Shown: piece after piece, positions 52,801-64,000 of the stretch
Layout: each line of letters starts with the position of its first letter
How positions within the stretch are numbered: the stretch's first letter is position 1
Assembly: GCA_051362555.1 (NCBI GenBank)
Contig: CM120640.1
Location: 67,682,788-67,746,787, forward strand
Direction: 5' to 3'
Source: Lingula anatina
Taxonomy: Eukaryota; Animalia; Brachiopoda
DNA: 64,000 bases
Notes under the pieces: model-generated
Told to the model about the DNA's origin: nothing
The model's input: the letters and a program-made list of their open reading frames with translations, nothing else
Database searches by the model: none
Translations under genes and position numbers: made by a program

Positions 52801-53287
52801 ATTCAACAAAACTGGTATTTTTCATGACTATGCTTGTGTCTGTTGCTTTCAGAAAAAACAGAAGAGAAGAAGAACAAGAAGAAAAAAGACAAAAAGGGTG
52901 CAGGGGCTACTATTGGTCCTCCTGGTGATAAAGATGAAGGTTTGTCCATTGAATTTTGAGCTTGGGTAACAGTTAATTTCGTCGTCTTTGAAATTAAATC
53001 TAAGTTCTTGTAAAACAGAAGATAATTAGAATAAAGCTAATTTATCTGAGGGATTAAACTAACATCATTATTTGGATTTTTTTCCATTAGAAGCAAAGTC
53101 ACTAATGGAGGAAAACCTACGACTGAAGGAACAGAGAACCTGCAAAATCTGCATGGATGAAGATGTCAGTGTGGTATTCCTACCTTGTGGCCACCTGGTG
53201 GCTTGCACTCAGTGTGCCCCAGCTCTGCGCAACTGCCCCATATGTAGAGCTATAATACGTGGCACTGTACGCACCTTTTTGAGTTAA
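46914..53287 (+). CDS. Inhibitor of apoptosis protein (3xBIR-UBA-RING, cIAP/XIAP-like, no CARD), multi-exon core
   Basis: Exons 46914-49863, 50344-50517, 50752-50907, 51144-51319, 51519-51564, 52325-52657, 52853-52939, 53091-53287; all introns GT-AG with matching phases. Three CX2CX16HX6C BIR motifs, an IAP-type UBA and C-terminal RING ending VRTFLS*. From ATG 47046 the join is 3987 nt (1328 aa); the frame is open upstream to the acceptor at 46913. Confidence 0.95.
50344..50517 (+). CDS. IAP exon: end of BIR2 and linker
   Basis: tgtAG|GT GAT CGC gives [15 protein letters not shown], completing BIR2; donor GAA|GTGAGT; phase 1-1. Confidence 0.92.
50752..50907 (+). CDS. IAP exon: first half of BIR3
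   Basis: ctatAG|AC...; [23 protein letters not shown]...[10 protein letters not shown]; donor GCAG|GTGATA; phase 1-1. Confidence 0.92.
51144..51319 (+). CDS. IAP exon: second half of BIR3
   Basis: catAG|GC; [34 protein letters not shown]; donor CCA|GTAAGT; phase 1-0. Confidence 0.93.
51519..51564 (+). CDS. IAP 46-nt Pro-rich linker exon
   Basis: tttcactAG|CCA...; [15 protein letters not shown]; donor CAAA|GTAAGA; its phase 0-1 bridges the flanking exons. Confidence 0.8.
52325..52657 (+). CDS. IAP exon: UBA domain
   Basis: [54 protein letters not shown] resembles IAP UBA. Acceptor aaAG|52325 (in-phase alternative at 52337); donor AAGA|GTAAAT. Confidence 0.88.
52853..52939 (+). CDS. IAP Lys-rich linker exon
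   Basis: ttgctttcAG|AA; [29 protein letters not shown]; donor GAAG|GTTTGT; symmetric phase 1-1, so skippable. Confidence 0.78.
53091..53287 (+). CDS. IAP last coding exon: RING E3 ligase
   Basis: tttccattAG|AA; [59 protein letters not shown]. Confidence 0.95.
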
Positions 53288-55389
53288 AAATGGCTTCCAG
53301 ATGGTGTACAACTGGGCACAAAATCTGTGCTTTGTATGCCACATTGCCATTCGCCTTGGCTAAAACTTGTGACTTTACATATTGTCAGATTTTTTAAAAT
53401 CCTTCAAATATCCAGTTATATTTTAATTTAAGTTTACCTAAACGTGACATCAGAATCACACTGCTTTTTACATGTACATCAAAAAAATATCCACAGAATG
53501 ATATCTATCAGATTTTGCGTAATTCAGCATTCTGCTCTCAGTTTGCATGTTTTGTAGCACTCTGGGGGGCCTGGATCAGTCTGTCCTGCACCACACCCCC
53601 GAAACAGATGATGTCCAGGTGTGCAGCTGATGAAAAAGGGTTGCTACAATGTACATGCCAATATTCCATACAAGAGTAAGCAGAACAGCTTTGTGATACA
53701 CATTGATTGCTTTAACAGTCTTTAGAAAAATGAGGCAACTCTGAAATGTTGATATTACAATTATTTTAGTTCTGAATTTTTTAGGTTTACAAGAAAATAA
53801 TTTTATAAATTATTTTATAAAAGCATCTTAAATTGGATCAATACTTTTACAATAAAGCCCATTAAAATGTCTAACACCTTTTTAATATTCCCCATAGAAA
53901 ACATCACTGAAGAATTTGCACTTATTGCGCGCAACTTTGTAGATGCTTCATAGTTTGTTACTTGGTAGTGCTGTAGTTTTTCTTCTGCAAATTTTTCAGT
54001 GATTTTGTAAACTTTTGTTCTCTAATAAGTTAACTGTTGAGCAATTCATCCTCAGACAGGTGCTCTATGCCAGACAGGTCTTGGAGGGGAGGTCATTTGA
54101 AAGCAGTGTGATTGTGAATGTTTCCTACCTTACAAACAATCTGAAGTATTTGTTTTGTTCTGTTTGGATTAAGATTTGAAAGACGTATAAATCAATTTTA
54201 TTTAATAAAATATTTTGAATGCATTTTTCCAGTACATGCACACACCCTGAGATTAAGAGAATTGGAAATATCTCGTACATGTATTCTGTTATATTTGTAT
54301 GATTATTACAGAATAAGGTTTCTAGTAAACCCTTATATTCAGGGTGGGAACACGACAGTTTGAAAAATATAAATGATGTGACATCTAGTACATATGTGTG
54401 ACATACTAATATTTATAGAAAGGCATTGGTTCAGGTACTATATATATGTACCTGAAGGTGAGATTTAACTCTTGGACTATGATCACACTATTAGAAAGCC
54501 CATTGCGAGGGATTCTTAAAGTTTGTTACATTGGTAAAAGTTGGCCAATTTCTGGCGAATAAGTTTCATTGCAAATAAGTTCTTAAGGATATATGTAGGC
54601 ATACCGTACTTTGCGACTGGCAGGTCAGCACAGAGTGAAAATGTCTGAGCCTCATTACAGAACTACCGGTACAATGTTGGTCAACTTTGGCATGTTTGAG
54701 AGAAGAAATCCCCACAAAATATTATTTAAAAGTGATGAATAGGCCAAACAAAGAGGATTTTTCACAGTGTGTTTTATATTTATTGTTGGGGAAGATTTTG
54801 AAGTTAAAGTTTTTACAGGCTTCAAGTGATGTAAGCTTAATAAAGAGCCCATTCCTGGAAATCCAATAGCTTTGAAAAAAGGGCCCGTTTCTCAAAGCTA
54901 TTGAAAAGGGGGGCAGTGTGTATTATCAAGTATTTATGCATACTCAAGATTTATGCATACTCTAATAATAAATATAAAACATGCCATGAAGAAAAAACTT
55001 GTTTGCCATTTTATTATCTTAAAAAGGCATTTTAAAGAAATTTATACACTATCCAATGCCTAAAGCACATTGGGTAGGTACAGGTTGGCAATTCTGACAT
55101 TATGTCTCTTATACACCATTCTTTTAAATACAGTATGTGCATAGAGTAAGTACATATCCTGGCTTTGTCTGCCCCATATTGTCCCCATTTAACAAGGCCC
55201 AGGTGATGAACTATTGAATGCCCCAATTTTGATTTTCAAAAAAAGTCTTGCCAATTTCACACAAAAATGGTGCAGTATATTATTTTTATCATTAATATTC
55301 CATAGCTCTGCACCTGGGACATATATTATGGGCCTTTTGGATGAAGAAAGTCAAGGTATATAGTTACTCCATGGTTTACATATTATTTT

Positions 55390-55646
55390 AGGGGTCATCC
55401 ATTTCGTCATCATTTTCACAGGTCTACAAACCATACACATGGGGGGGAGGGGATGTGTGTGTATTAATGTCCTTTGCATGATTTTGGAAAGTGATAAAAA
55501 TGATCTACCCCAAGGGTGTGCTGGCGAAAGTCATCATTTTTAGCTTTTCATTGTGTTCTCTATGAAAGGGGGGAGGGGGTCTTGAAAAAGTCCATTCTTT
55601 GTATTATGAAAATTATTAAAGATTATGATAAAAATGGATGACCTCT
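55390..55646. mobile_element. Degenerate Harbinger-like MITE
   Basis: AGGGGTCATCCATTT...AAATGGATGACCTCT. Confidence 0.6.
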
Positions 55647-55671
55647 TGTCTTGTACATAAACAAAGACTTA

Positions 55672-55938
55672 GGGACCATTCCTAAAGCCTATCATTCTTG
55701 CTTTGGGTTCGATGTATCTCCAAGGGGATTCTCACTAAATTGCTATCAACTTAAGTGGCTTACATGTCTGTCACACCTACTAAAGCTGTCAGGGGGTAAT
55801 TAACTACTGTGCACGAAAGTTAATTACCCCCTATTTGGTTGGCATGACAGACATTTAAGCTGTTTAAGTTGATAGCAATTTGGCGTGAATCCCCATGGAG
55901 TTAGATGGATCCTGTTGGAGGCATGGGAATCCAGTCTT
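55672..55938. mobile_element. Foldback MITE; relatives at ~17915-18060 and ~39550-39760
   Basis: 15-bp stem AGGGGGTAATTAACT/AGTTAATTACCCCCT (55791-55832) plus ~30-bp outer arms (55724-54 / 55864-94). Confidence 0.7.
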
Positions 55939-58900
55939 AAGCTTTGGAGTTTAACCCCCCTGGACCTAAACTGTTTGTATGACCAGTCTTCTGACACCTT
56001 GCAGACGAGCGCAGACATTTGTACCCTGAGCATGTCAGATCACTCGCACCAAATATAATTCATAGGTTTTGCTTCTAGTTTAACTTTTGTCAGTGTTCTC
56101 AGGCTTAAGATTCCCGAATGTTGACAAAGTGTTAAAAGAGTTAAAATGTCCCGAATTTGACAATTTTTCCATGACTAAGTGACAAAGTGCCAGATGGAAA
56201 CATGAGTGTCCCCCTTGTGAAATAAATGTAAGTATTGGGCAGTATTATACAACTGCTGTACAGTGTTGAAGAGATTCACAGAGGGTAAAGTGAGCAGAGA
56301 TGAGAATGGCACACCATCCCATTATCCTTACAATGAACTCCACAGGAAAGTAGTGTAAATATACATTGTATAACACCTGTCATCCTTCAATGTTTCTGCT
56401 TTTCAACAAACAGTCAAATTTGAGATTTTCATATTCAATGTTTAATTAAGCCCCAAAAAACTTGAATATTTGAGATATATCTAAATTCAATACTCAATAA
56501 TAAAAACAGAATGAAACAATGCTAATTTAGTCGAATGAGGACAAGCAGATTTTTAAAATATGGATCCATTCTTCTTTCCTGTTGTTTTGTAAGAGGAGAG
56601 AAAGCAGAAACATGGAAGTTGGGCAGTTGGACAATTCTTATTTACAATATGATATGCTTGGAGAGAAAGATGTGGAGCTACCGTTTATATGAGATGAATA
56701 CTGAGGGACTGCTGGTCAGCCCTTGGTTATACTAGTATATTTTCAAAGAGGGTTGAACTCCAAAACCGGAATTTTGTGGAGTACGTAACTATGAGTCATC
56801 AAATATTGTCTTGTTTAAAGACAAAATGTACTGGTACTCTGTGCAAAAGAAAACCATGTCATGATTACTTACCTGTTCAGTCTTTTTGGCTCAGGAGTTC
56901 AACCCTGTTGATTTGCAACAATAAGTGTTTTGTGTAGTAAGTGGATATTCATTATATAAGAAGGGTAGGCGGAGATTGGTACCCTTGGTACTTTCAGTCA
57001 TAAAATTTGAAAAATAAGATGAAAAATAAAACATTCTTTCAACTTGGGAGTTCAGCACCCTTGATTTCAATCAATTAGACTTTATGAATTAATTTACTCA
57101 GTTCATAGAAGAGTGTTCTAAGATTACTTCATTCAATATAATGATAAAAGTTGAAAAATAAATGAACTACCAGTACTTGTATATAAGGTATTTTAGGTGG
57201 CAGGCTTAAGACTTATTTTAAAGTGATTTGGTAATATGCTGTTGGAGATTGCAATTGGAGTGTGTTATGTTTTATATTATTTTTTTTAAATATATTTCAT
57301 TGTGTTCATTACAGAAGCCCAGTGGATGGGGCCCCAATGGATGCACTCTTCTCTCCAACAACATGTTTGCCGTCTCCATTAAATCTTGCTAGAAAAGAGT
57401 ACACACCAGTATTTTTGTTTGCAATGTTTCCTTCACAGAGATTTTGAAAACTTTTTTTCAAATTTAGATATGATGAATGTATATAGACGGGTAATTATAA
57501 TGATTTAACAGGATTTTTATGAAGAGAAACATTTTGGTTTACTGAATGACAGATCAATGAAAATAATAGCTGGTGATGAAATGACAGAATGTTACAACAA
57601 CAATGGTCATAGGCTGTGTAACTATCAAACGATTAAATCAGGCCAATAGGATAACTTGTAGAATTCTGTTTAAATTAACCTTTTCCTCACATTGATGTTT
57701 TTTGTTTTTTCTTTGTGTGAAATAAATCAGTGTTATGTGACACTGTTTTGTAGCCTTGAATTTGTTAAATATGATACTAGCAAGTGCTGCTGCAAGTCCA
57801 CCCATTATAGTATATTGTTATGTATTATAACCCCAAAGAAAAGAATTTTGTCATGATTAATTCATGTCTGTTATACATAACAGCCATTTGTACAAGTGCC
57901 ATAAATTAGAAAGACTCAACCAAGCAACAGTTGCCTAGGTGCAGTTAACTGAGATGAGGAGGACATGGATTAAACTGTAAATGCCACTGACACTTCATTA
58001 TTCAATTTTATACACCTACAATTCTTCTGAATCAGTGGATTAATACTGCCAACTGGCTGGATAATTTTTTGGCAATTAAGGGTACCATTCTAAGCAAAAA
58101 TCAAAAAGAAATGTAACAATATCCAACTAATTTTATTAAAATATCAATTACATTATAACAATATTATGTACCAAAGCATCTCTTGTGAATCTCACTAACA
58201 GCAAGTGATCAGAAGAACAATTTTCTGGAATAACATCTAAGCATCTTAAAATTCTGTTTTTAACAGTTGTAGCTGCACCATTCATTATTTACACAATAAT
58301 CAAACAATGACAAGTAAAATTACACCTTAACACAATGACCATAACCCCACCTTGGGCAGGATTTCTAATGTAAGCATTTTATTTGGCATTTGTTTTTTCT
58401 TTAACAATTTTTTTTGTCCTGACTTTGTCATTGCACAAATAACATTGTTACATGAACATTACTCTCTTACTAAACATTACATGAAATTCAAAAACCTTTT
58501 GCAATCATTCCTTAATCTTCACCCTTAGAACTGATTTCACAGTGTATCATGTTAATCATGGAAAATTTTATATGGGTCTTTAAAAATCTTATCTGCTATA
58601 CAGTTTGAAAATAGTGCAAGGGATATCAATGTCTCAAAATTATCACGAGTATACTAAAATTTAACATCCATGTTGAAATGCCCATTTTATGACAACCCGG
58701 AGCTGCATTTGACCTTTGAATACACATGCAAGCACTGCAATGATGATAATATGCTAATCACTGATAAGATACCGATTCTGGTCTGGAAAAAGCCAAGATA
58801 AATGTACACAACTTAAACATCGGTCTCATCAACCTTCATTTGTCCATAACATTGGGCTCAGTTGTAATATATAGTTTGACAACAAATGATTTGCATTGAC

Positions 58901-61191
58901 AAATTTAAATGATCACTTGGATTTCAAATGAAAGCATTAGCCATTTTGTCCCCATTGACAAAAACATACAGATATAATATAAGCCTGAGCACATTCTCAG
59001 CAATTGGCAAATTGATCAAAATCAAGTTAATTCAAATTAAGATCCAATTTTACAAGATCAACACCCTGTAGTTTACAAAATACTTTGGACAAATTTAGTT
59101 CTGTATGTTATATATATATATATATCTATCTATATCTAAAACTGTTTTCCCCTTCCAAAAGCAACTATAAAAAGTAAAGATAAACATCTCTCTTGGGTAT
59201 TAATTCCACAACACTGTACTGTTCCAATTTCATTAAATCAAAGAATTTTATCTGATCCATCTAACAAAAACCAAATAAATCTATACCAGCACACCAAATT
59301 AAACATGTGATAGTCTCAAAATCAACAATTTATTAAAGTAACCAGTCACCCGAAACCGAGATTCTACAATAAGCACAGGAGACCTTTAGGAGGAAACTGA
59401 AGAACTTTGATGATAATGAAAAATATGTGTGCACAACAGCTTGGACTTTTAAAAGAAGTATCTTTCTTACAGTAAGTTGTATTTTATTCACTGCTTTTAT
59501 TTTGTGCCATCACTAATATGTCCAGATAATGTCAAGTGCATGGCCATGTGGGGCACTGAAAAGCTTCTCAACACCACGGAGAGATACAATATTATTGGAA
59601 TAAACAGCAAAATCTCTTCTATATAGTAAGCTAGATTTTCATAAAATATTTGGCTTTACCTTTTAGTACAACACAACAAAAACCAAAAATAGCAGATCTC
59701 TGTAATAGGAACCACAATTTCAGCTTTTTGCCATGGTTCAACCAAGATGTGAAATATAAAATGAAACAACAAAAACAATTTAACAAAATTTTTAACAGAC
59801 TTACTGCAAATCTTGTACAACATATAAACTAAACAAAACATTCACATGAGAGGCAACATAAAGACGATGTAATCAGAAAAATCAAATCAGGAGTAATGAT
59901 ACATATCAGTTTTAGAATAACCCCAGTACTTGTGGATTTTTACTGGGTTATAGTAAATGTACCAGCCATCAATTTTAAAGCTTGCATTTTTGATGTGTCA
60001 TTACCCCTAGAAACAGTACTTTATCCATTTTGCACAGAAACCTCTTTACCATGTTCTGCAAGATAAATAAAAACTTAAATTGCAATGAAAGTAATAAATG
60101 GATTGCTTTTACATTCAAGCTTTATTTGACCAAGGAATTATATAATCCCTTGATTTGACATGAAATCTGGTAATTTTATCTATTCTCAAGTACACAACAT
60201 ACCACACTTAGGCCATTTAAGACAAGCACTCCAGGCCAGTAAGATTAAGACTTTCCTGACCCACCTACCTAATCATTAACCAATTCACCTGCAGCTTCTT
60301 ACATCCTTTCATCAAAAAATGAAACCTTCTGTTCATTCAAAATTCTTCTGTCCAGTAGCAGAATGGCACCATATCATTAATGAAAAACACAACCAAGGGT
60401 ACAAAGACTGGTTTAGCCTTATTATTCATTTATAAATACTAGGTCGGTCCAGTATAACTGGTCAGAACAACAAAGAGAGGTGAAATAATTCAATGTTCTG
60501 CACGATAAAAAAAAAAAAAAAACATCTTGTACAAAACAACAATAAAAAAGAAACATGCTACATAAGGAAATGATTATAATAGCAACAGGAGACAGTAAAT
60601 TGTAGAGGTTTGAACAAATATTTGCAAAGGAAATAGATAAGCTGATCATGAGTAATAAGAACAATTAATATATATTAATTGGCTTGATTTGAAGCAAAGT
60701 TAGTCTCAGAAATCAATGTTTAAACAACAAATGGAATTCTAACAATTCACAATTGTTAGTTTTGAAGATTTTGTTGCATAATGACTGCTTTAACATTATC
60801 AGTGTACTTAAAAAAAAAAAAATGTGACCAATCTCTGCCCATCCAAATATTGGCGCCAAGTGCAGACAGCAGCTCTATTCTTGCCCTTTACTCTTACTGT
60901 GGGTTTCAAACAGACAAAGAAACAGTTAACATTTCCAAAAAACTTGAAAGAGAAATACAATTTTTGGATCAATTTTAATTAAGGCACCTTAACAATGAGC
61001 AACCTTTCATAAGTACAATTAGACTCTTGAGAACAGCTGTTCAATCAAAACTATCCAGTAGAAATTAATCCTTTGATCAGTTCAATCAGAAAAAAAGAAC
61101 TTAAAATTCAGAATTCTGACAACCAGTTCAAAGGTGAAGTGAATTAAATTTGAAACAAAACTTGTGATAGAGCAGAGAAAACAAACACAAC

Positions 61192-62007
61192 CTATAACGT
61201 ATGATAGTTCCTCTCCACCCTTGACTTGTAAAACTTGCAGCCAAAGAAGCCCAGTACAAATAGGCCAGTAGTGAGGACTATTCCACCAATAAAGGAGGCT
61301 GCATCAAAATGCTGGCCTCCTCCTCCTCCTCCTTTTGTGGGAGTCGGTTTGGGGGTTGTACCAGTAGTAGCTGTGACTGAGGCAGTGACTGTAGTCGGGG
61401 GTGTTGACGTTGACGGTGTTGTAGGTGTTGACGTTGGTTCTGGTGACATCGAGGAAGAAGTTTTAGTGGCTGTTGATGAAGCAGTTGCAGTGGATGTCGG
61501 TGAAGAAGTTGCAGTAGATGTTGGGGTTATAGATATTGTGGAAGTTGACACAGTAGACATGGTAGCTGTAGCGGACATGCTTGGAACGACATCAGTACCA
61601 TTAGCAGCATAAACTGCAACAGAAATAGAAAGAAATGACACAAGTCCACAAGTTAGTTGTACATGTGTTTTGTCTGATGACAATATTTTCATAACCCAGA
61701 AAAAGTCAAAGGAAAAATTGATGCAATGGGGTTGAACAAGGCTGGTTTAAGTAAATGCCAATGTTGAATGTTTTTTGAGGACGAGCGGTTCCAACCTTAG
61801 TACTTACCTGCAGTGACATCCTCATCATTACCAGTACCTAGAAAGAAAAAAAATTATATGTACTTGTAGTTAAGTAACTTGATATATATTAAAATGTATT
61901 AATCTAAGAATTAAAAAGAAAAATAAAGTTTCACTGTCAGCTTAATTTATAAAACAGAGAGCCTTTTGGTATGGTAATTACTTGATCTTTACAATGGGAA
62001 GAATTGT

Positions 62008-62087
<80 letters not shown>

Positions 62088-63017
62088 GTGGAAGCAACAG
62101 ATTTTAAAAGCAGGCTATTGTATTGTATTGTATTCAATAAAAGCACCACAAATGCTATATAGACAATTTTTCCCCATTGAAAAGATAGAGTCATTACTGT
62201 TTATACCTCTTTAGAGACAGCAACATGAAAGGATTGAAACAAGTATTGCTGGGAAAATTAACACTAGGTATATTCACTGTATAAGATCTGGCTATGATGC
62301 ATAAAATTCAAAGAAGATAGAAATTCATCCTGGCCATTTGAAGTAAAACTTGAGGTGGCTTTACTAATATTAATGTCTTCATTTACCAAGAACATATTCA
62401 TTCTACACGCTAGATACAGAGTCAACAAATAAAGTGGGTGACTACATGTAAAAGAAATATTGTTCATAGATCCTATAAAAAGTAATTGTAAATATTTTAT
62501 AAAATATCTTGAGGCATAAAAACCTGAAAACTTTTTTTCTGTTTATTAGAGAATGTACTGTGATGACATGATACATGTCAATGTTATATCCAAGAAATCC
62601 TGTCTCTGACTCGGATCAAAATGGAAATTTAATTAGCCTTGGCATCAAATACACTGTATATCAATTGTAAATATAAAATCTGCTTCTGCTCCAAAATTGG
62701 AAATTTGAGACTTAAAACTGTGTTAAAACATGCCAGGCGTTAAACCTCACACTGTTAAAAATATGAACATCAAGGATTACAATGACCGCATGTTTTCTGT
62801 GTCAGCACATGACTATGACGCATTATTTTTCAGCTAACCGTAAATTGGTGTAAATCGCAAGTGCGTGTTTACATGGTTGACGTGTCAATCGAAATCATTG
62901 CGTTAAGTGTTAACAACTTAGTACATGGTTTTGACATTTACCTTGGCTGAAGACAATATGTGAGCTCATCACCATAAACAACGAAAGAATAATCAACATG
63001 GTGTCTTTTTGCCCCAT
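61192..63017 (-). CDS. CD164: CD164/porimin (MGC-24 family) sialomucin-like type I membrane protein, 175 aa
   Basis: Exons 63017-62942 (signal peptide), 61837-61808 (30-nt microexon), 61613-61192; phase-1 GT-AG introns; 528 nt. Thr/Ser mucin tract, FDAASFIGGIVL TM start and NYHTL* tail are family hallmarks. Symbol denotes family, not proven orthology. Confidence 0.92.
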
Positions 63018-63089
63018 TTTCTTTCTTTTCCCGGTACCTGTTGTCGAACGAAATAATGTTGTAACAATAACTGGAACGATAGAGGGCGC

Positions 63090-63099
63090 GTCACATGAC
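63090..63099 (-). promoter_or_regulatory. M-box/CLEAR-like E-box upstream of the CD164-like gene
   Basis: GTCATGTGAC on - strand, ~73 nt upstream of the ATG in a CpG-enriched patch. Confidence 0.4.
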
Positions 63100-64000
63100 A
63101 ACCCACGCTGGCGACCTCGAACTGACCTCGTGGTCAGGTCAAGTTAGATAAGCATGCTAACAGCGTGCCATCAGGAGGAATCTAGGCACAGCTTACCTAA
63201 TATAAAAAATACAATATTTAAAGACGGGTGAACTTTCCTTGTTTCGTAACATGGTTAAAGCTGGGAAGGGGGGGGGGGGTCTCACACAATCAAATGCCCC
63301 AACGTGTTTTTTTCCTCAGTAATACTAGAGTAGGGACTTACATGTACATGTATTTAATAATGTTATTAATGAATACATTTCATAACAGGGGTATTTCTGA
63401 AATCATCTCAGAAATACAAAGGATGTGTTTGGTAAGAAATCCAATTCCACCTTAATCCCAAATCTCAGAGGGAGCAGAAATTATGTATTTAGCCTTACAC
63501 TGATGATCTGGATGCATATTGATTACACTTTTAATGTAACATTATTTTTTATATATACATAACATTATTCATTTAGAAATAGAATAAGTCCAAATGCACT
63601 GATTCTTAGCAATACTTCCTTTTTAGCTTTCACCTCTGATATATTCATTTCTGTGCTTATTCTTACCAGTATACGTATACACCCTGTGTACCAGTATTCA
63701 TGTTTTGTTTGAGACACCTTACTGTACCCTGTACATGGAATTGTTATTTTTTCCTACAACAAATGTCACGTATTGCAAACATGATTCCTGTTTTAACCAG
63801 TAGAAGCAGTTTTTTGTTGTCATTTTCATTTATGATACAGACATATGTTTTTAAACTTAAAAACACTTAATTGACAGAATGCTAAAGATGGGTTTTCTCT
63901 GCCTATTTTAATATTAATATTAATATCAAAATATTTACGTCACTTTTTTATGCTAAATGCATGTGTATCACAAACCCATATGCTGTTAATATTGTTTCAC

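Noticed and set aside
56598-57447. Isolated splice-like signals (acceptor ~57313 on +, donor ~56871 on -)
   Set aside because: No phase-consistent ORF could be assembled; a non-coding spliced transcript cannot be excluded.
61235-61612. 125-aa Val-rich + strand ORF
   Set aside because: Antisense shadow of the Thr/Ser-rich CD164-like exon.

Overview
AT-rich animal genomic DNA with spliceosomal GT-AG introns. A marine invertebrate such as a mollusc is plausible from the repeat families, but this is inference. Two convergent genes occupy the right third. On the + strand is an inhibitor-of-apoptosis gene (BIR-BIR-BIR-UBA-RING, no CARD, stop at 53287) whose exon phases join cleanly. It has an unusually long N-terminal extension encoded by a 2.95-kb exon, a probable upstream exon at 44468-44675 and possibly a far-upstream exon at 3067-3150. 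On the - strand is a 3-exon CD164/porimin-like sialomucin gene (63017->61192). The left ~46.9 kb, possibly one ~41-kb intron of the IAP gene, is a dense nest of non-autonomous transposons. Two Helentron/HINE-like families carry internal 146-bp or 161-bp tandem arrays, and every copy I found is co-oriented. There are also deleted mariner and piggyBac relics, Kolobok-, Harbinger- and hAT-like MITEs and two LINE fragments. No rRNA, tRNA, CRISPR or intact transposase was seen. All coordinates were read by eye and may be off by a few bases.
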